64,000 nucleotides of DNA from Candidatus Bathyarchaeia archaeon (GTDB lineage Archaea; Thermoproteota; Bathyarchaeia; 40CM-2-53-6), in NCBI GenBank assembly GCA_050013255.1, contig JBEKFP010000001.1, forward strand, positions 1,152,001 to 1,216,000. Reading direction: 5' to 3'. A program made the translations under genes and the position numbers. Numbering within the stretch: position 1 is the stretch's first letter; the number at the start of each line of letters is the position of its first letter. The notes below the pieces were generated by a model. It was not told the DNA's origin and did not search any database. It saw only the letters and a program-made list of their open reading frames with translations. Shown in pieces: positions 45,569 to 55,013 of this stretch.

Positions 45569-46798
45569 ATGAGCCCCGACCTTATAGTTCGGAACGCGAG
45601 GTTGCGTTCGGGAAAGGTTTGTGACATATCGATCAGTGATGGAAAATTCGAGGAAATTGGCGAACATCTGAATAGTTCGGCAGGGCGAGTAGTGGACGCG
45701 AACGGTAATTTAGCAACTGAATCCTTCCCAGTTGCCCATCTGCACCTCGATAAGGTCATGACTGGCGCGTTCGCGGAAGAAGCCGTCCTGGTTGAGTATG
45801 AGAAGCCATCCATGGGCGGTGCGATGACCGCCATTGAACTCGCATCGAAAGTGAAGGAACATTACGTGGAATCGGAGATCCTAGAACGAGTTCGACATGT
45901 ACTGACTGACGCTGAGTACTACGGTGTAAGCCACGTTAGAGCCTTCGCCGACGTGGACACCAAAGCAAAGTTGATCGGTGTCAAAGCACTTCTAAAGGCA
46001 AGGGACGAATTCAAGAACCAAGTTGACATTCAGATTGTTCCTTTTCCACAAGACGGAATCATTAGGGAACCTGGGGCAGAGGAATTGCTTTACAAATCCA
46101 TGGACCTAGGCGCAGATTTGGTCGGTGGAATCCCATGGATAGAGCTAACGGAGGAGGATTCGAAGAAGCACATTGACATCGCATTCGAGATTGCGAAGAA
46201 GTATGATGCCGATGTGGCTATGCTGACTGATGACGCAGGCGATCCTGAGCTCAGGACCACTGAGTACTTGGCAAAGTCCGCAATGAAGAATGGTTGGGAA
46301 GGCAGAGTTACTGCCTGCCATGCTAGGGCGACTGCGCTTTACAATGATGTTTACCATAGAAAGTTCGCTGCCCTGCTGAAGAAGGCGGGTGTCGGAATTG
46401 TCACCGACCCTCATACTGGTCCGTTGCATGTGCGCGTGAAGGAGCTTTTGAACGCCGGCGTGACTGTGGCGCTCAGCCAGGACGATGTTTACGATGCGTA
46501 CTATCCGTATGGACGGTGTAACATGCTCGAAATCGCCTTTCTGGCAGCTCATCTGTTGTGGATGACGTCGAACCGGGATCGCGAGATACTGTACGATATG
46601 ATTACCAAGAACCCTGCCAATATTATGGGAATCGACGACTATGGCTTGGCGAATGGAAACGCTGCAGACCTTGTCATACTGAATGCTCAGGATCTAAGGA
46701 CCGCCCTCACATATCACACAGAACCGCTTTACGTCATCAGGAATGGCATGGTCACATGTGAAACACGTGTGAACAGAACCCGCAATGCCGAGAATTAG
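45569..46798 (+). CDS. CodA-like amidohydrolase-superfamily deaminase
   Basis: HLHLDK, FPQDG, VGGIP, CHA, QDD-x-x-D-x-YYPYG. Confidence 0.88.
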   Translation: MSPDLIVRNARLRSGKVCDISISDGKFEEIGEHLNSSAGRVVDANGNLATESFPVAHLHLDKVMTGAFAEEAVLVEYEKPSMGGAMTAIELASKVKEHYVESEILERVRHVLTDAEYYGVSHVRAFADVDTKAKLIGVKALLKARDEFKNQVDIQIVPFPQDGIIREPGAEELLYKSMDLGADLVGGIPWIELTEEDSKKHIDIAFEIAKKYDADVAMLTDDAGDPELRTTEYLAKSAMKNGWEGRVTACHARATALYNDVYHRKFAALLKKAGVGIVTDPHTGPLHVRVKELLNAGVTVALSQDDVYDAYYPYGRCNMLEIAFLAAHLLWMTSNRDREILYDMITKNPANIMGIDDYGLANGNAADLVILNAQDLRTALTYHTEPLYVIRNGMVTCETRVNRTRNAEN

Positions 46799-46893
46799 AA
46801 TTCGTCATTAAGTCAGGAGCGGGAGTGTTCGGCCTATAGACTCATAGTGCTGGTGGGTAATTATTTCAATGAGCCATCGCCTATCTTGGAACC

Positions 46894-47985
46894 TTGTTTT
46901 CCGAGATGAACCATTTGGAAGAACTTGAAACAAACTTAGTGGATTCCATAATTCAGGAATACGGAGTCAATGTCGACGCTACAAGACCCGCTAACCTAAC
47001 CAAAACAAGACTCAATCCGCAGACTAGAGTCTTTGAAGTCCAACACTCATCATTGAATGCCTTCATCATCGACACTCCTATGACCCGAAGAATCGCTTGC
47101 CACCCACATGTGGTGGGGGATGAACTTGAGAACCTTACACTCGAGGCAGCAGAACAGAGCTTGCCTGCTATTCTTGAACTATCACAAATCAATCCCACTA
47201 GGAAGGGGGCAATAGTGTTTGAGCAAATCCTCAGAGCCGCTCCCGGGTACAACCTGCATCAGGCAGCGAGCCGAGTAATTCCAGGCAATTATAGAACCGT
47301 CAACATTAGGCCTCGCTACACTCACACATCCTATCGAGATCACGACGGCATGGTTCACCGACAACTCGACATAGTTTACGAAGATTTTGCGGAACTCCCC
47401 GCAAACAGAGAGGTTTTCTTGATAATGCAAGATACGGTGGCAAGCAGTAGGTCAGCCGAAGTCAGCATCGAAGCCGCAATTAATCATTGCGAAGAAGTCG
47501 GCTCGCATATCGCCAAGTGGATTCTTTATGGGTTCATCGCTCTAGAAGGACTCAAGCTGCTCGACAAAATTGCGCGAAGCCACCGCATTCCATTAGTAGC
47601 ATTTGCAATGGGAAATCTGACCGCTCTCTGCGCCAACAATTACGACATGCCACTATACGGTGTAGACGAATGGCTCTGGCGCAAGGATCATTCGATCAGC
47701 AAGCTTGGTGCATTGCTCGATAGAGACACATTTGTGGAATATCTACACGAATTTGTTCCCGGGTCGGATCAACCCGGTGATTGGTCCGCACGTCAAAGTA
47801 GACTGTTCAACGGCCAGGGTTATGAAGGAGGTGACATAGCTGGCCACCTAGAAAACAGCATACGACTAATGAAAAGTCTGCTAGAGATCGGAGAATTGAA
47901 GGATTGGCAGGAAAAGATAGCATCAGATGAGCTACTCAGACTGGAGAAGGGATTGGAAAAGGTAAGGGCGGATCCTCTGAGATAG
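46894..47985 (+). CDS. divergent type I phosphoribosyltransferase (UPRTase-like) protein
   Basis: ILRAAPG (compare UPRTase ILRAG) and a PRPP-loop-like IMQDTVASSRS. Confidence 0.6.
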   Translation: MFSEMNHLEELETNLVDSIIQEYGVNVDATRPANLTKTRLNPQTRVFEVQHSSLNAFIIDTPMTRRIACHPHVVGDELENLTLEAAEQSLPAILELSQINPTRKGAIVFEQILRAAPGYNLHQAASRVIPGNYRTVNIRPRYTHTSYRDHDGMVHRQLDIVYEDFAELPANREVFLIMQDTVASSRSAEVSIEAAINHCEEVGSHIAKWILYGFIALEGLKLLDKIARSHRIPLVAFAMGNLTALCANNYDMPLYGVDEWLWRKDHSISKLGALLDRDTFVEYLHEFVPGSDQPGDWSARQSRLFNGQGYEGGDIAGHLENSIRLMKSLLEIGELKDWQEKIASDELLRLEKGLEKVRADPLR

Positions 47986-48022
47986 CGGTCGGGTCAGATT
48001 CAGGAATCAGGCAACGAAGTCG

Positions 48023-48484
48023 TCAGAGTTTCCCTATATCCTCATTCCATAACTTTGGATTTCTCTCTATGAACTGCTTCATGATTTCCTTGCATTCATC
48101 GAGGTTTAAGTTGATTACCTGAACGCCATGGTTTACCATTAGCTCCTCAGCCCCGGGAAAAGTCGCCGACTCTCCCACAACTACCTTCTTTATTTCAAAT
48201 TGGACGACTGCGCCTGCACAGAGGTAGCAGGGCATCAATGTGGAGTAGAGTGTTGTGCCGCTATAGCTACCTATTCTTCCTGTCTTGCGAAGACAATCGA
48301 TTTCTGCGTGCGAAGTTGGGTCTCTCTCTTGTACCCGCTTGTTGTGGCCCTGCCCAATGATCTTTCCGTCCCGTACAAGAAGGGACCCAATTGGAATGCC
48401 CCCTTCACGCATTCCGAGCTTTGCTTCCTCGATGGCTACCTTCATGAAATCTTGATAGACTTTCCTATCTTCAATATGATCCAT
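48023..48484 (-). CDS. CDA-fold cytosine/nucleoside deaminase (FCY1-like)
   Basis: GGIPIG, HAE, PCYLC, WNEDIG. Confidence 0.92.
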   Translation of the reverse strand: MDHIEDRKVYQDFMKVAIEEAKLGMREGGIPIGSLLVRDGKIIGQGHNKRVQERDPTSHAEIDCLRKTGRIGSYSGTTLYSTLMPCYLCAGAVVQFEIKKVVVGESATFPGAEELMVNHGVQVINLNLDECKEIMKQFIERNPKLWNEDIGKL

Positions 48485-48529
48485 TTTCAGAACCCTCGGT
48501 GAAGATCGATTTTGTTTGGGGAATGGATT

Positions 48530-49252
48530 CTATAGGTCGATATGTTCTGGCATTTTCGGGTTCTGCGATTGCTTCAGCAAGTCGCTTGGTACGGGCCTTT
48601 CACCCAGGCGGGGCCCATACTTCGGCTTCACGAAGCTATGCCACTGGTCCTTGGTGTTGAAGAAGACTCTTGCTCCGCCTAATTCGTGTTGAATTTGAGG
48701 GTAGGGTTTCTGGAATTGAGCGAGTCCTAGTCCCCAGTACCTAATTCCCGTGTAGCTCTCATAGGTTGCCCACCATTCCTCCATTCCAAGGTTCTCGAAG
48801 GCATGCTCCATCTTCGCAAGATACATGAGCGCTCCTATGCCTGCCCCACGCTTGAAAGTCAACGTGTGAAGACTTATCGCGACTTTCTCATCCCAAAGGC
48901 GCGCATTAGCAATCGCGGCTAATTCTCCCTCCAAAACCCCGACGAGGCAATAGTGATCCTTTACGCGCTTCCTGTACCATGACATTATTTCCGCATAGAC
49001 TCTTGACGCGACTAGGTCGTAGAAGTCCTTCTGCTCATCCATGATGGATCGCGTGGTCTTCAGAATAACAGGGATGTCGTCTGTCGTAGCCATCCGCACC
49101 ACCATTTTCTTCCCGTCCGGCAGTTTGAGAAGTCGCGGATCATACTTTCTGGCAAGAAGAGGGGATTCTGGTGGCCGGAGAATTGGTTCCAAGTCCTCGA
49201 CATTTATCTTGACTTCCTGAAGCGTCACAGGACAAGGAGGTTTGAAAGACAT
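48530..49252 (-). CDS. GNAT-fold N-acetyltransferase-like protein
   Basis: VRMAT-x-DD and the acyl-CoA-binding-like SLHT...KRGAGIG motif. Confidence 0.65.
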   Translation of the reverse strand: MSFKPPCPVTLQEVKINVEDLEPILRPPESPLLARKYDPRLLKLPDGKKMVVRMATTDDIPVILKTTRSIMDEQKDFYDLVASRVYAEIMSWYRKRVKDHYCLVGVLEGELAAIANARLWDEKVAISLHTLTFKRGAGIGALMYLAKMEHAFENLGMEEWWATYESYTGIRYWGLGLAQFQKPYPQIQHELGGARVFFNTKDQWHSFVKPKYGPRLGERPVPSDLLKQSQNPKMPEHIDL

Positions 49253-49348
49253 CTAGTAAAGCACCGTCCGGAAGTCCCGCGCGCGTCCTTTTAGCGGTTG
49301 CGACACGAATTCAGAACTGGAAAAGGTGTGCGAAGGTCCATCGAATGC

Positions 49349-50266
49349 TTATGATAGTCCCATGCTCTGCGCGATGCTCTCCGTGTTGCGCCCGTTCCCT
49401 TTGATATCTGAAATCAAACAAAGCGCTAGGATCGCGCCAACCGAAATGTCAATACCGGAAGTGTGACCTCTGGGTAGAAGAGTTTCCATAGCCAAGATGA
49501 ACTCATCTTCATTTCCTAATGCTGCTGAACGAATTAGTTGTTGAACTTGGTCGTCGAGCACCTGACGTTGCATGTAATCCATCAACTTGGCACTAATCCA
49601 GTTAGTGTTCTCTTGGACAAGGTCGAGGTCTAGAAGCACCTTTGAACGGTTAATGTTGTGTGCGAGAGAGTTGTATGTGGAAAGGAACCCGCCGAGAACG
49701 TCATCTCCCGAGGGGGTGAACCCTGATCCTAAGCCTACAATTTTCATAGCCGGTTCAGAAAATTGCCCAGCCTTTCCGGAGTCTCTTAGGGTGATAATGC
49801 CTCTACGGACAAAGTCCCTCACCCCTTCGTGCGCTAGACCTTTCGAGTCTAAGACGCTCTGACTGGTGTCGATTACCGTTAGAATTGTGGAGGAGAGGGT
49901 CAGAGCCTCTTTAGTTAACCCAAATTGTTGAGCGGGTGGGTTTTCGAGATTGTACGCATTGCCGTACGGGATTGCTGCACTTAGCTGAATTGTTGCCGTA
50001 TCGCCGACGTGAATATTTCTTTCATCAACCGAAACAGGTTCTAAAGGCGTCACTATTCGCTCAACCACAGCTGCTGAATCAAGATTGATGGTTATTGGTG
50101 ATTTCAAATGCCGGTTAGTGATGAAGATGAGGTCGTTCTTGATGGTTTTCACGTAGAATGAATTCGGGAAAGCGCTTACCACAGATCCTACGACGCCTGA
50201 TCCTCCAACTAAGAGTGACCTAGCTGCAAGTGCACCTATGCAGTTCGCTTGGAGGAGGGTTCTCAA
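49349..50266 (-). CDS. DUF2877 protein (YlbF/AllH, YahE family)
   Basis: VGLGSGFTPSGDD-x-L-x-G, T-x-x-IS, GHTSG-x-D. Confidence 0.9.
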   Translation of the reverse strand: MRTLLQANCIGALAARSLLVGGSGVVGSVVSAFPNSFYVKTIKNDLIFITNRHLKSPITINLDSAAVVERIVTPLEPVSVDERNIHVGDTATIQLSAAIPYGNAYNLENPPAQQFGLTKEALTLSSTILTVIDTSQSVLDSKGLAHEGVRDFVRRGIITLRDSGKAGQFSEPAMKIVGLGSGFTPSGDDVLGGFLSTYNSLAHNINRSKVLLDLDLVQENTNWISAKLMDYMQRQVLDDQVQQLIRSAALGNEDEFILAMETLLPRGHTSGIDISVGAILALCLISDIKGNGRNTESIAQSMGLS

Positions 50267-50275
50267 CCTTCGCCC

Positions 50276-51580
50276 TTAGATCCCATACCTTTGCGCGAAG
50301 GATTTGAGTGCTTGCTTGAAGATCTCTACCGGGAATGAGACTATTCCCGCTCCCACTTGCCCTATTCCTGCTTCCCTGTGGGCAATCCCTGTGTTTATCG
50401 TCGGCGTTATCCCCGTCCTAACGACTTTGCGGATATCGATGCCGGTTGGTGTTCCTTGAAAATCGAGGAAGGGTATTATGAAATCCTTGTTCTTTGCTTG
50501 AGTAATCTCATACATCTTCTGAGTGTTCTCGATGGCGTATGCTACGCTTCCACCAACCCATGAAACAATGCCTGGGGCGGCTGCCATCGCAAACCCACCA
50601 AAACCAGCTGTCTCAGTTATCGCGCTGTCCCCAAGGTCTGGATTCGCATCCTTCTCAGTAAACCCCGGGAACCACACTCCTTTTGGCACTTGTGCGGGCG
50701 CAGTGAACCACTCGTGCTCTAGGCCGCTAACCCAGATTCCCGCGTCCGTCCCATTTCGAGTAAGGACCGTGACTATGGTGCTATACTTGATTTTATCCGC
50801 GGCCAGTGCGATTGCTTTCGCGCTGGCCATTCCTAGGTTGAGGAGGGTGAAGTTGTTTTGGCTCATGAAATTGAAGGTCTCAATCAACGTCTTCTTGTCT
50901 AACCCGGTTTTCATCATGTAGGGGGCAATCTCTTTGAGAAAGAGTGGGGTTGCCGCGTTGTAGCGGTTATGGCAGTCGTCGCCCATTGTTAGAGCTTGGG
51001 TGATTATCGGCTTCATCGCGACGCCATCTTTGTCCCTCTTGATCTCCTTGATTGTGGCTTCAAGTGTTGTGGCTAGTGTGTCGCTCATCCAAACGAGTCT
51101 TTGTATTACTTCGTTAGAGTAGGCGCCATACCTCAGGACTTTTCCGATTCCTTCGTTCAGGTTCGAGTAGGTTTTAACTTCGAACTTACGGTCGTGAACG
51201 ACATATACGGGCATGTTTGGTGATACGATGCCCGCCATGGGGCCTACCGAGTCATGGTGATGGTTCGGTACGAAGGTTATCTGTCCCGCCGCCGCAAGCT
51301 TCTCAGCCTCGACCCCGTCGCGTGCCCAGCCTTCGTAGATCGCTGCGCCCATTACAGCTCCCTTCATTGGTCCACTCATGCCCTGCCATGCGATGGGTGG
51401 CCCTGCATGAAGCAGCATCTTGTCTTTCATGCCCGGAATAACCTTGCGAGCTAGTCCAATGTCGACCCACACCGGGTCGGACTCCATCATTCTACTTACT
51501 GCCTGCTGATTGGCTTTCTCAATTTCATTCTTGAGTTCAGCGGGCGCCAAAAGAACCACGGGTGCGCTGAGCCTTGCCAA
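50276..51580 (-). CDS. DUF1116 protein (YlbE/AllG, YahG family)
   Basis: LLHAGPP, GPMAG, NEGIGKVLRYGA, MGDDCHNR, PDLGDSAITE, TGID, INTGIAH, GQVGAG. Confidence 0.94.
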   Translation of the reverse strand: MARLSAPVVLLAPAELKNEIEKANQQAVSRMMESDPVWVDIGLARKVIPGMKDKMLLHAGPPIAWQGMSGPMKGAVMGAAIYEGWARDGVEAEKLAAAGQITFVPNHHHDSVGPMAGIVSPNMPVYVVHDRKFEVKTYSNLNEGIGKVLRYGAYSNEVIQRLVWMSDTLATTLEATIKEIKRDKDGVAMKPIITQALTMGDDCHNRYNAATPLFLKEIAPYMMKTGLDKKTLIETFNFMSQNNFTLLNLGMASAKAIALAADKIKYSTIVTVLTRNGTDAGIWVSGLEHEWFTAPAQVPKGVWFPGFTEKDANPDLGDSAITETAGFGGFAMAAAPGIVSWVGGSVAYAIENTQKMYEITQAKNKDFIIPFLDFQGTPTGIDIRKVVRTGITPTINTGIAHREAGIGQVGAGIVSFPVEIFKQALKSFAQRYGI

Positions 51581-51697
51581 GCTATAAGTCGATTTTGGCG
51601 AGGTTTCAACGGTGTGAATGGGAATTATGTTAAATGCATAATCGAAGCGGTCGTACAGTTGCAGTTGATTAGAGGACTGCTAGTGTGGTTGGGGAGA

Positions 51698-53317
51698 TTG
51701 AGCATAATTCGGAACCTAGTGAAGCGGAATTTCCATAGAGATTCCGTTCAACTCCTTCACCTCTCCGAGGAGGCGAAGAAGATCGGTGGAGTCAAGGATG
51801 CGGCTGTTGTTATGGGCACAACGACAAACAAGGAAATACTGGCGAGGCTCGGCCTTCTGACCAAGGAAGGGGAAGCAGCATCAGATTCTGATATGATACT
51901 CGCCGTTGTTGCTGACTCCCAACCGAGAATAGATGAAGGCTTGCACCAAATCGAGGAAATGTTACTAAGGCCACCCGCCGCCAAAGGGCGTAGCTTCTAC
52001 AGTGTAGAAGCGGCTTTGCAGGCGATGCCTGGAGCTAACCTAGCGATTGTTTCAATTCCTGGGGAATTTGCCAGGGATGTCGTCCTCAAGTTGTTGGACA
52101 AGGGCATCAATGTTCACCTGTTCAGCGACCATGTCCCACCTCAGCATGAGCTGGAGCTGAAACAGTATGCGAAATCCAAGGGTTTGCTTGTCATGGGGCC
52201 TGGAGCCGGAACTTCGATCATCGGCGGCAAAGCGGTTGCCTTCGCTAATGTTGTCAAGAAAGGGAAAATTGGCATCGTTGCCGCGGCTGGTACAGGGCTC
52301 CAAGAGGTAAGCGTCCTACTCAGCGAGGCTGGCTTGGGAGTTTCAGTTGGGCTGGGAACGGGCGGTGGGGATGTCAAAACCAAGATTCGCGGACTAATGA
52401 TGCTCCAGTGCATTGACGCACTTGAACGCGACATAGGAACGAGCACAATCGTTGTTGTTTCCAAACCACCCGACAGCGATGTGAAGAAGAGTATACTCGG
52501 CCACATAGCGAACGACACTAAGAAAAAATATGTAACATGTTTCCTTGGCCCAGAGAACTATGAGATCCCTGCGACTGCGCGAGAACGTGTTAAGGGAACA
52601 AAAACGCTTCACGCAGCATTCGTAGAAGCTACTCGAACCTCGACCACTGACTCGCAGCAAGGCACTGCGAAACAATATACGTTTTCACGGAATGAATTAG
52701 CCGCTCTAACCGACAAAGCAGTAAAGGGATTGAGTGACAGGCAGAAGTACATCAGAGGTCTGTACACAGGCGGCACGCTCGCTTACGAGACCCTCATCAT
52801 CCTCGGCCGACTGCTTGGCCCCGTTTATTCCAATGCTCCTCTTGATCCCAAGCTGAAGTTGGCTGATTCCTATCGCAGTACAAGAGATGCCATAATAGAC
52901 CTAGGGGAGGAAGAATTCACTGCTGGCCGAGCACACCCAATGATAGACCCTACAATCCGAAACATTAGGCTCATGGAAGAGGCTAAAGATCCGGAAGTGG
53001 CTGTAATTCTAATGGACGTAATGCTGGGATTTGGATCCCATCCGGATCCCGCCGGTGCGATGCTGGGCGCGATCGAAGAGTCTGAGAAGATTGCTCAGGC
53101 GGACGGGAGAACAATGCCAATACTGGCGCACGTATGTGGAACTGAACAAGATCCACAACCTCTCTCAGACCAGGAGGCGAAGTTGAACAAAGCGGGTGTG
53201 CACCTATTTCCAACAAACGCAATGATGGCCATCGCTTCCGCAATGATCTCGAGAAGGGGAACATTGGACGAGCGGGCAATGGAAGATATATACTCGCATT
53301 TCCTTGTGAGCTTCTGA
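51698..53317 (+). CDS. fdrA: acyl-CoA synthetase-like FdrA (AllF/YahF family)
   Basis: DSV-x-L, MGT-x-x-NK, FSD-x-V, MGP, GTG-x-QE, SKPP, GLYTGGTL, GRAHPMIDP, HPDPA, GTEQDPQ. Likely TTG start at 51698. Confidence 0.93.
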   Translation: MSIIRNLVKRNFHRDSVQLLHLSEEAKKIGGVKDAAVVMGTTTNKEILARLGLLTKEGEAASDSDMILAVVADSQPRIDEGLHQIEEMLLRPPAAKGRSFYSVEAALQAMPGANLAIVSIPGEFARDVVLKLLDKGINVHLFSDHVPPQHELELKQYAKSKGLLVMGPGAGTSIIGGKAVAFANVVKKGKIGIVAAAGTGLQEVSVLLSEAGLGVSVGLGTGGGDVKTKIRGLMMLQCIDALERDIGTSTIVVVSKPPDSDVKKSILGHIANDTKKKYVTCFLGPENYEIPATARERVKGTKTLHAAFVEATRTSTTDSQQGTAKQYTFSRNELAALTDKAVKGLSDRQKYIRGLYTGGTLAYETLIILGRLLGPVYSNAPLDPKLKLADSYRSTRDAIIDLGEEEFTAGRAHPMIDPTIRNIRLMEEAKDPEVAVILMDVMLGFGSHPDPAGAMLGAIEESEKIAQADGRTMPILAHVCGTEQDPQPLSDQEAKLNKAGVHLFPTNAMMAIASAMISRRGTLDERAMEDIYSHFLVSF

Positions 53318-53321
53318 TGAA

Positions 53322-53504
53322 GTGAGAGGAATGAGTGAAAATATCCTACAGCTTTTCACTTCAGAGTTGAAGGTAATCAACATTGGGCTTGAGCTTTTCC
53401 GGGACGCGTTAGAGGCTCAAGGTGTCGACGTGGCACAAGTCTCGTGGCAGATGCCCATTAAACTTGAGAAAGAGTATGAGGACATTCTCTCGAAGATACT
53501 CTAA
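53322..53504 (+). CDS. stand-alone small FdrA/YahG linker-domain protein
   Basis: LKVINIGLELFRDALEAQGVDVAQVSW-x-x-P. Confidence 0.85.
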   Translation: MRGMSENILQLFTSELKVINIGLELFRDALEAQGVDVAQVSWQMPIKLEKEYEDILSKIL

Positions 53505-53577
53505 CCTCTCTTCTTCGCCTCTTTTGTGATTTGCCGAATAATTGTCGTTAACCGGGTGGCGGGTCAATGGTTTCGCA

Positions 53578-54111
53578 TTAGTTGGATTGTTCGTTCTTCT
53601 TTTTTGTCTTCCTAGGTGGCTGGGGAACTGCGATTTCCTGTTCCTGCCTTTGCTCTTTCGCGTATTCGAGAATGGCTTCAATCATCTGCTTGTAGGTTCC
53701 ACAACGGCAGATGTGGCCGCTAAGGAATTCCCTGATCTCCCGTTCTGTTGGGTTCGGATTCCGCTTTAGAAGATATTGTGCGGTTAGTACGAAAGAAGGC
53801 GTGCAGAAACCGCATTGCATCGCCGCTTTTTCAACGAAAAGTTTCTGGAGACGGGAGAGTTGCCCTTCCGGTGCAAGCCCTTCAGCCGTCGTAACTTCTT
53901 TCCCTTTTGCCTCCAACGCCAGTACGAGGCATGACTTCACAGGTTTACCTTCGAGGAGAACCGTGCATAGGCCGCACTCTCCGCGCCAGCATCCGGCCTT
54001 AACGCTCTTCACTTCGGCTTTGTCGCGGATGAGGTCGAGCAGAAGGACGTTATCTTTCGTTTCAATTTTCTTGGGAACGCCGTTTATCTTGATGTCGATT
54101 ACTTGAGTCAA
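53578..54111 (-). CDS. xanthine dehydrogenase family [2Fe-2S] subunit (CoxS-like), copy 2
   Basis: GCWRGECGLCTV, SCL, QCGFCTP, CRCGTY. Confidence 0.94.
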   Translation of the reverse strand: MTQVIDIKINGVPKKIETKDNVLLLDLIRDKAEVKSVKAGCWRGECGLCTVLLEGKPVKSCLVLALEAKGKEVTTAEGLAPEGQLSRLQKLFVEKAAMQCGFCTPSFVLTAQYLLKRNPNPTEREIREFLSGHICRCGTYKQMIEAILEYAKEQRQEQEIAVPQPPRKTKKKNEQSN

Positions 54112-54116
54112 TCTTC

Positions 54117-55013
54117 CTACGCTCCAAGAACTCTACCGAGTGCCTCGATGGCCAGGACTTCTAGTATATGTGATCGGTACTCAGCCGTGCCTAGAACATC
54201 TGTCATCGGTTCGACAGTTTTCTTGATCACTTGCACAGCTTCGTCTATGAGTTGTGGAAGGGGCGCTTTTCGGTTGAAGGTCTTCTCAACCTCATAGACT
54301 CTGCTCGGTATTGGGGCAAGTGCGCCATAGGCGAATCGTACTATTCGATCTTCCGCGCGTGACGGGTTTGCGCACAAAGCTGCAACGTTTACCACGCTAA
54401 ACTCACTGTTCGAAGTATGTTTCAGGAATATGCTTCTTGCGTTGTCTGGTGGGGCTTTCAAATGGACAGCAACCGCGATCTCGTTCGGTTCTAGCGCGGT
54501 TTCCGCTAAACCTTTTATGAATTCCTTAATCGGAATCAGCCTTCTTCCCTTGACACTTGCCGCTTCGATTTCTGCGTCGAAGATCAGTAGTGGGGTTGGT
54601 GAGTCGACGAAGGGTAAGGCCTCGCATAGGTCGCCGAGGAGTGTGGAACGGTTTCTCAGGACGGGGTCGCTTAGTTCTGCGCCGCAGTCGTACATTGCTG
54701 TATACCTTTCCTGCAAGGGCCTCCAGTCTAGGAGCTGGCTTAGTGTGACCGTTGCCCCGATCGTTATTCCCTTCGGGCCTCCGTCGCTAAGTGTCTCGAG
54801 TTCTGGTATGCCTTTGATGTCCACGACGTATGAGGGGCTGACCAGGCGTTCCTTCATGAACGCGAGTAGGCCAACGCCACCTGCCATTACCTTAGCGTCG
54901 TCTTTGTGCTCGTCGAGCACTTGGAGTGCTTCCTGCAATGAAGCCGGTTTGAGATATTGAAAGTCAGGCAGGGTTAGGTAGGGTGAGCCAAATGACGTCT
55001 CAATTACCCCCAC
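54117..55013 (-). CDS. xanthine dehydrogenase family FAD subunit (CoxM-like), copy 2
   Basis: Y-x-x-P-x-SL-x-EA, AGG, RN-x-x-T-x-x-G, D-x-x-G-x-x-EYR. Confidence 0.93.
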   Translation of the reverse strand: MGVIETSFGSPYLTLPDFQYLKPASLQEALQVLDEHKDDAKVMAGGVGLLAFMKERLVSPSYVVDIKGIPELETLSDGGPKGITIGATVTLSQLLDWRPLQERYTAMYDCGAELSDPVLRNRSTLLGDLCEALPFVDSPTPLLIFDAEIEAASVKGRRLIPIKEFIKGLAETALEPNEIAVAVHLKAPPDNARSIFLKHTSNSEFSVVNVAALCANPSRAEDRIVRFAYGALAPIPSRVYEVEKTFNRKAPLPQLIDEAVQVIKKTVEPMTDVLGTAEYRSHILEVLAIEALGRVLGA

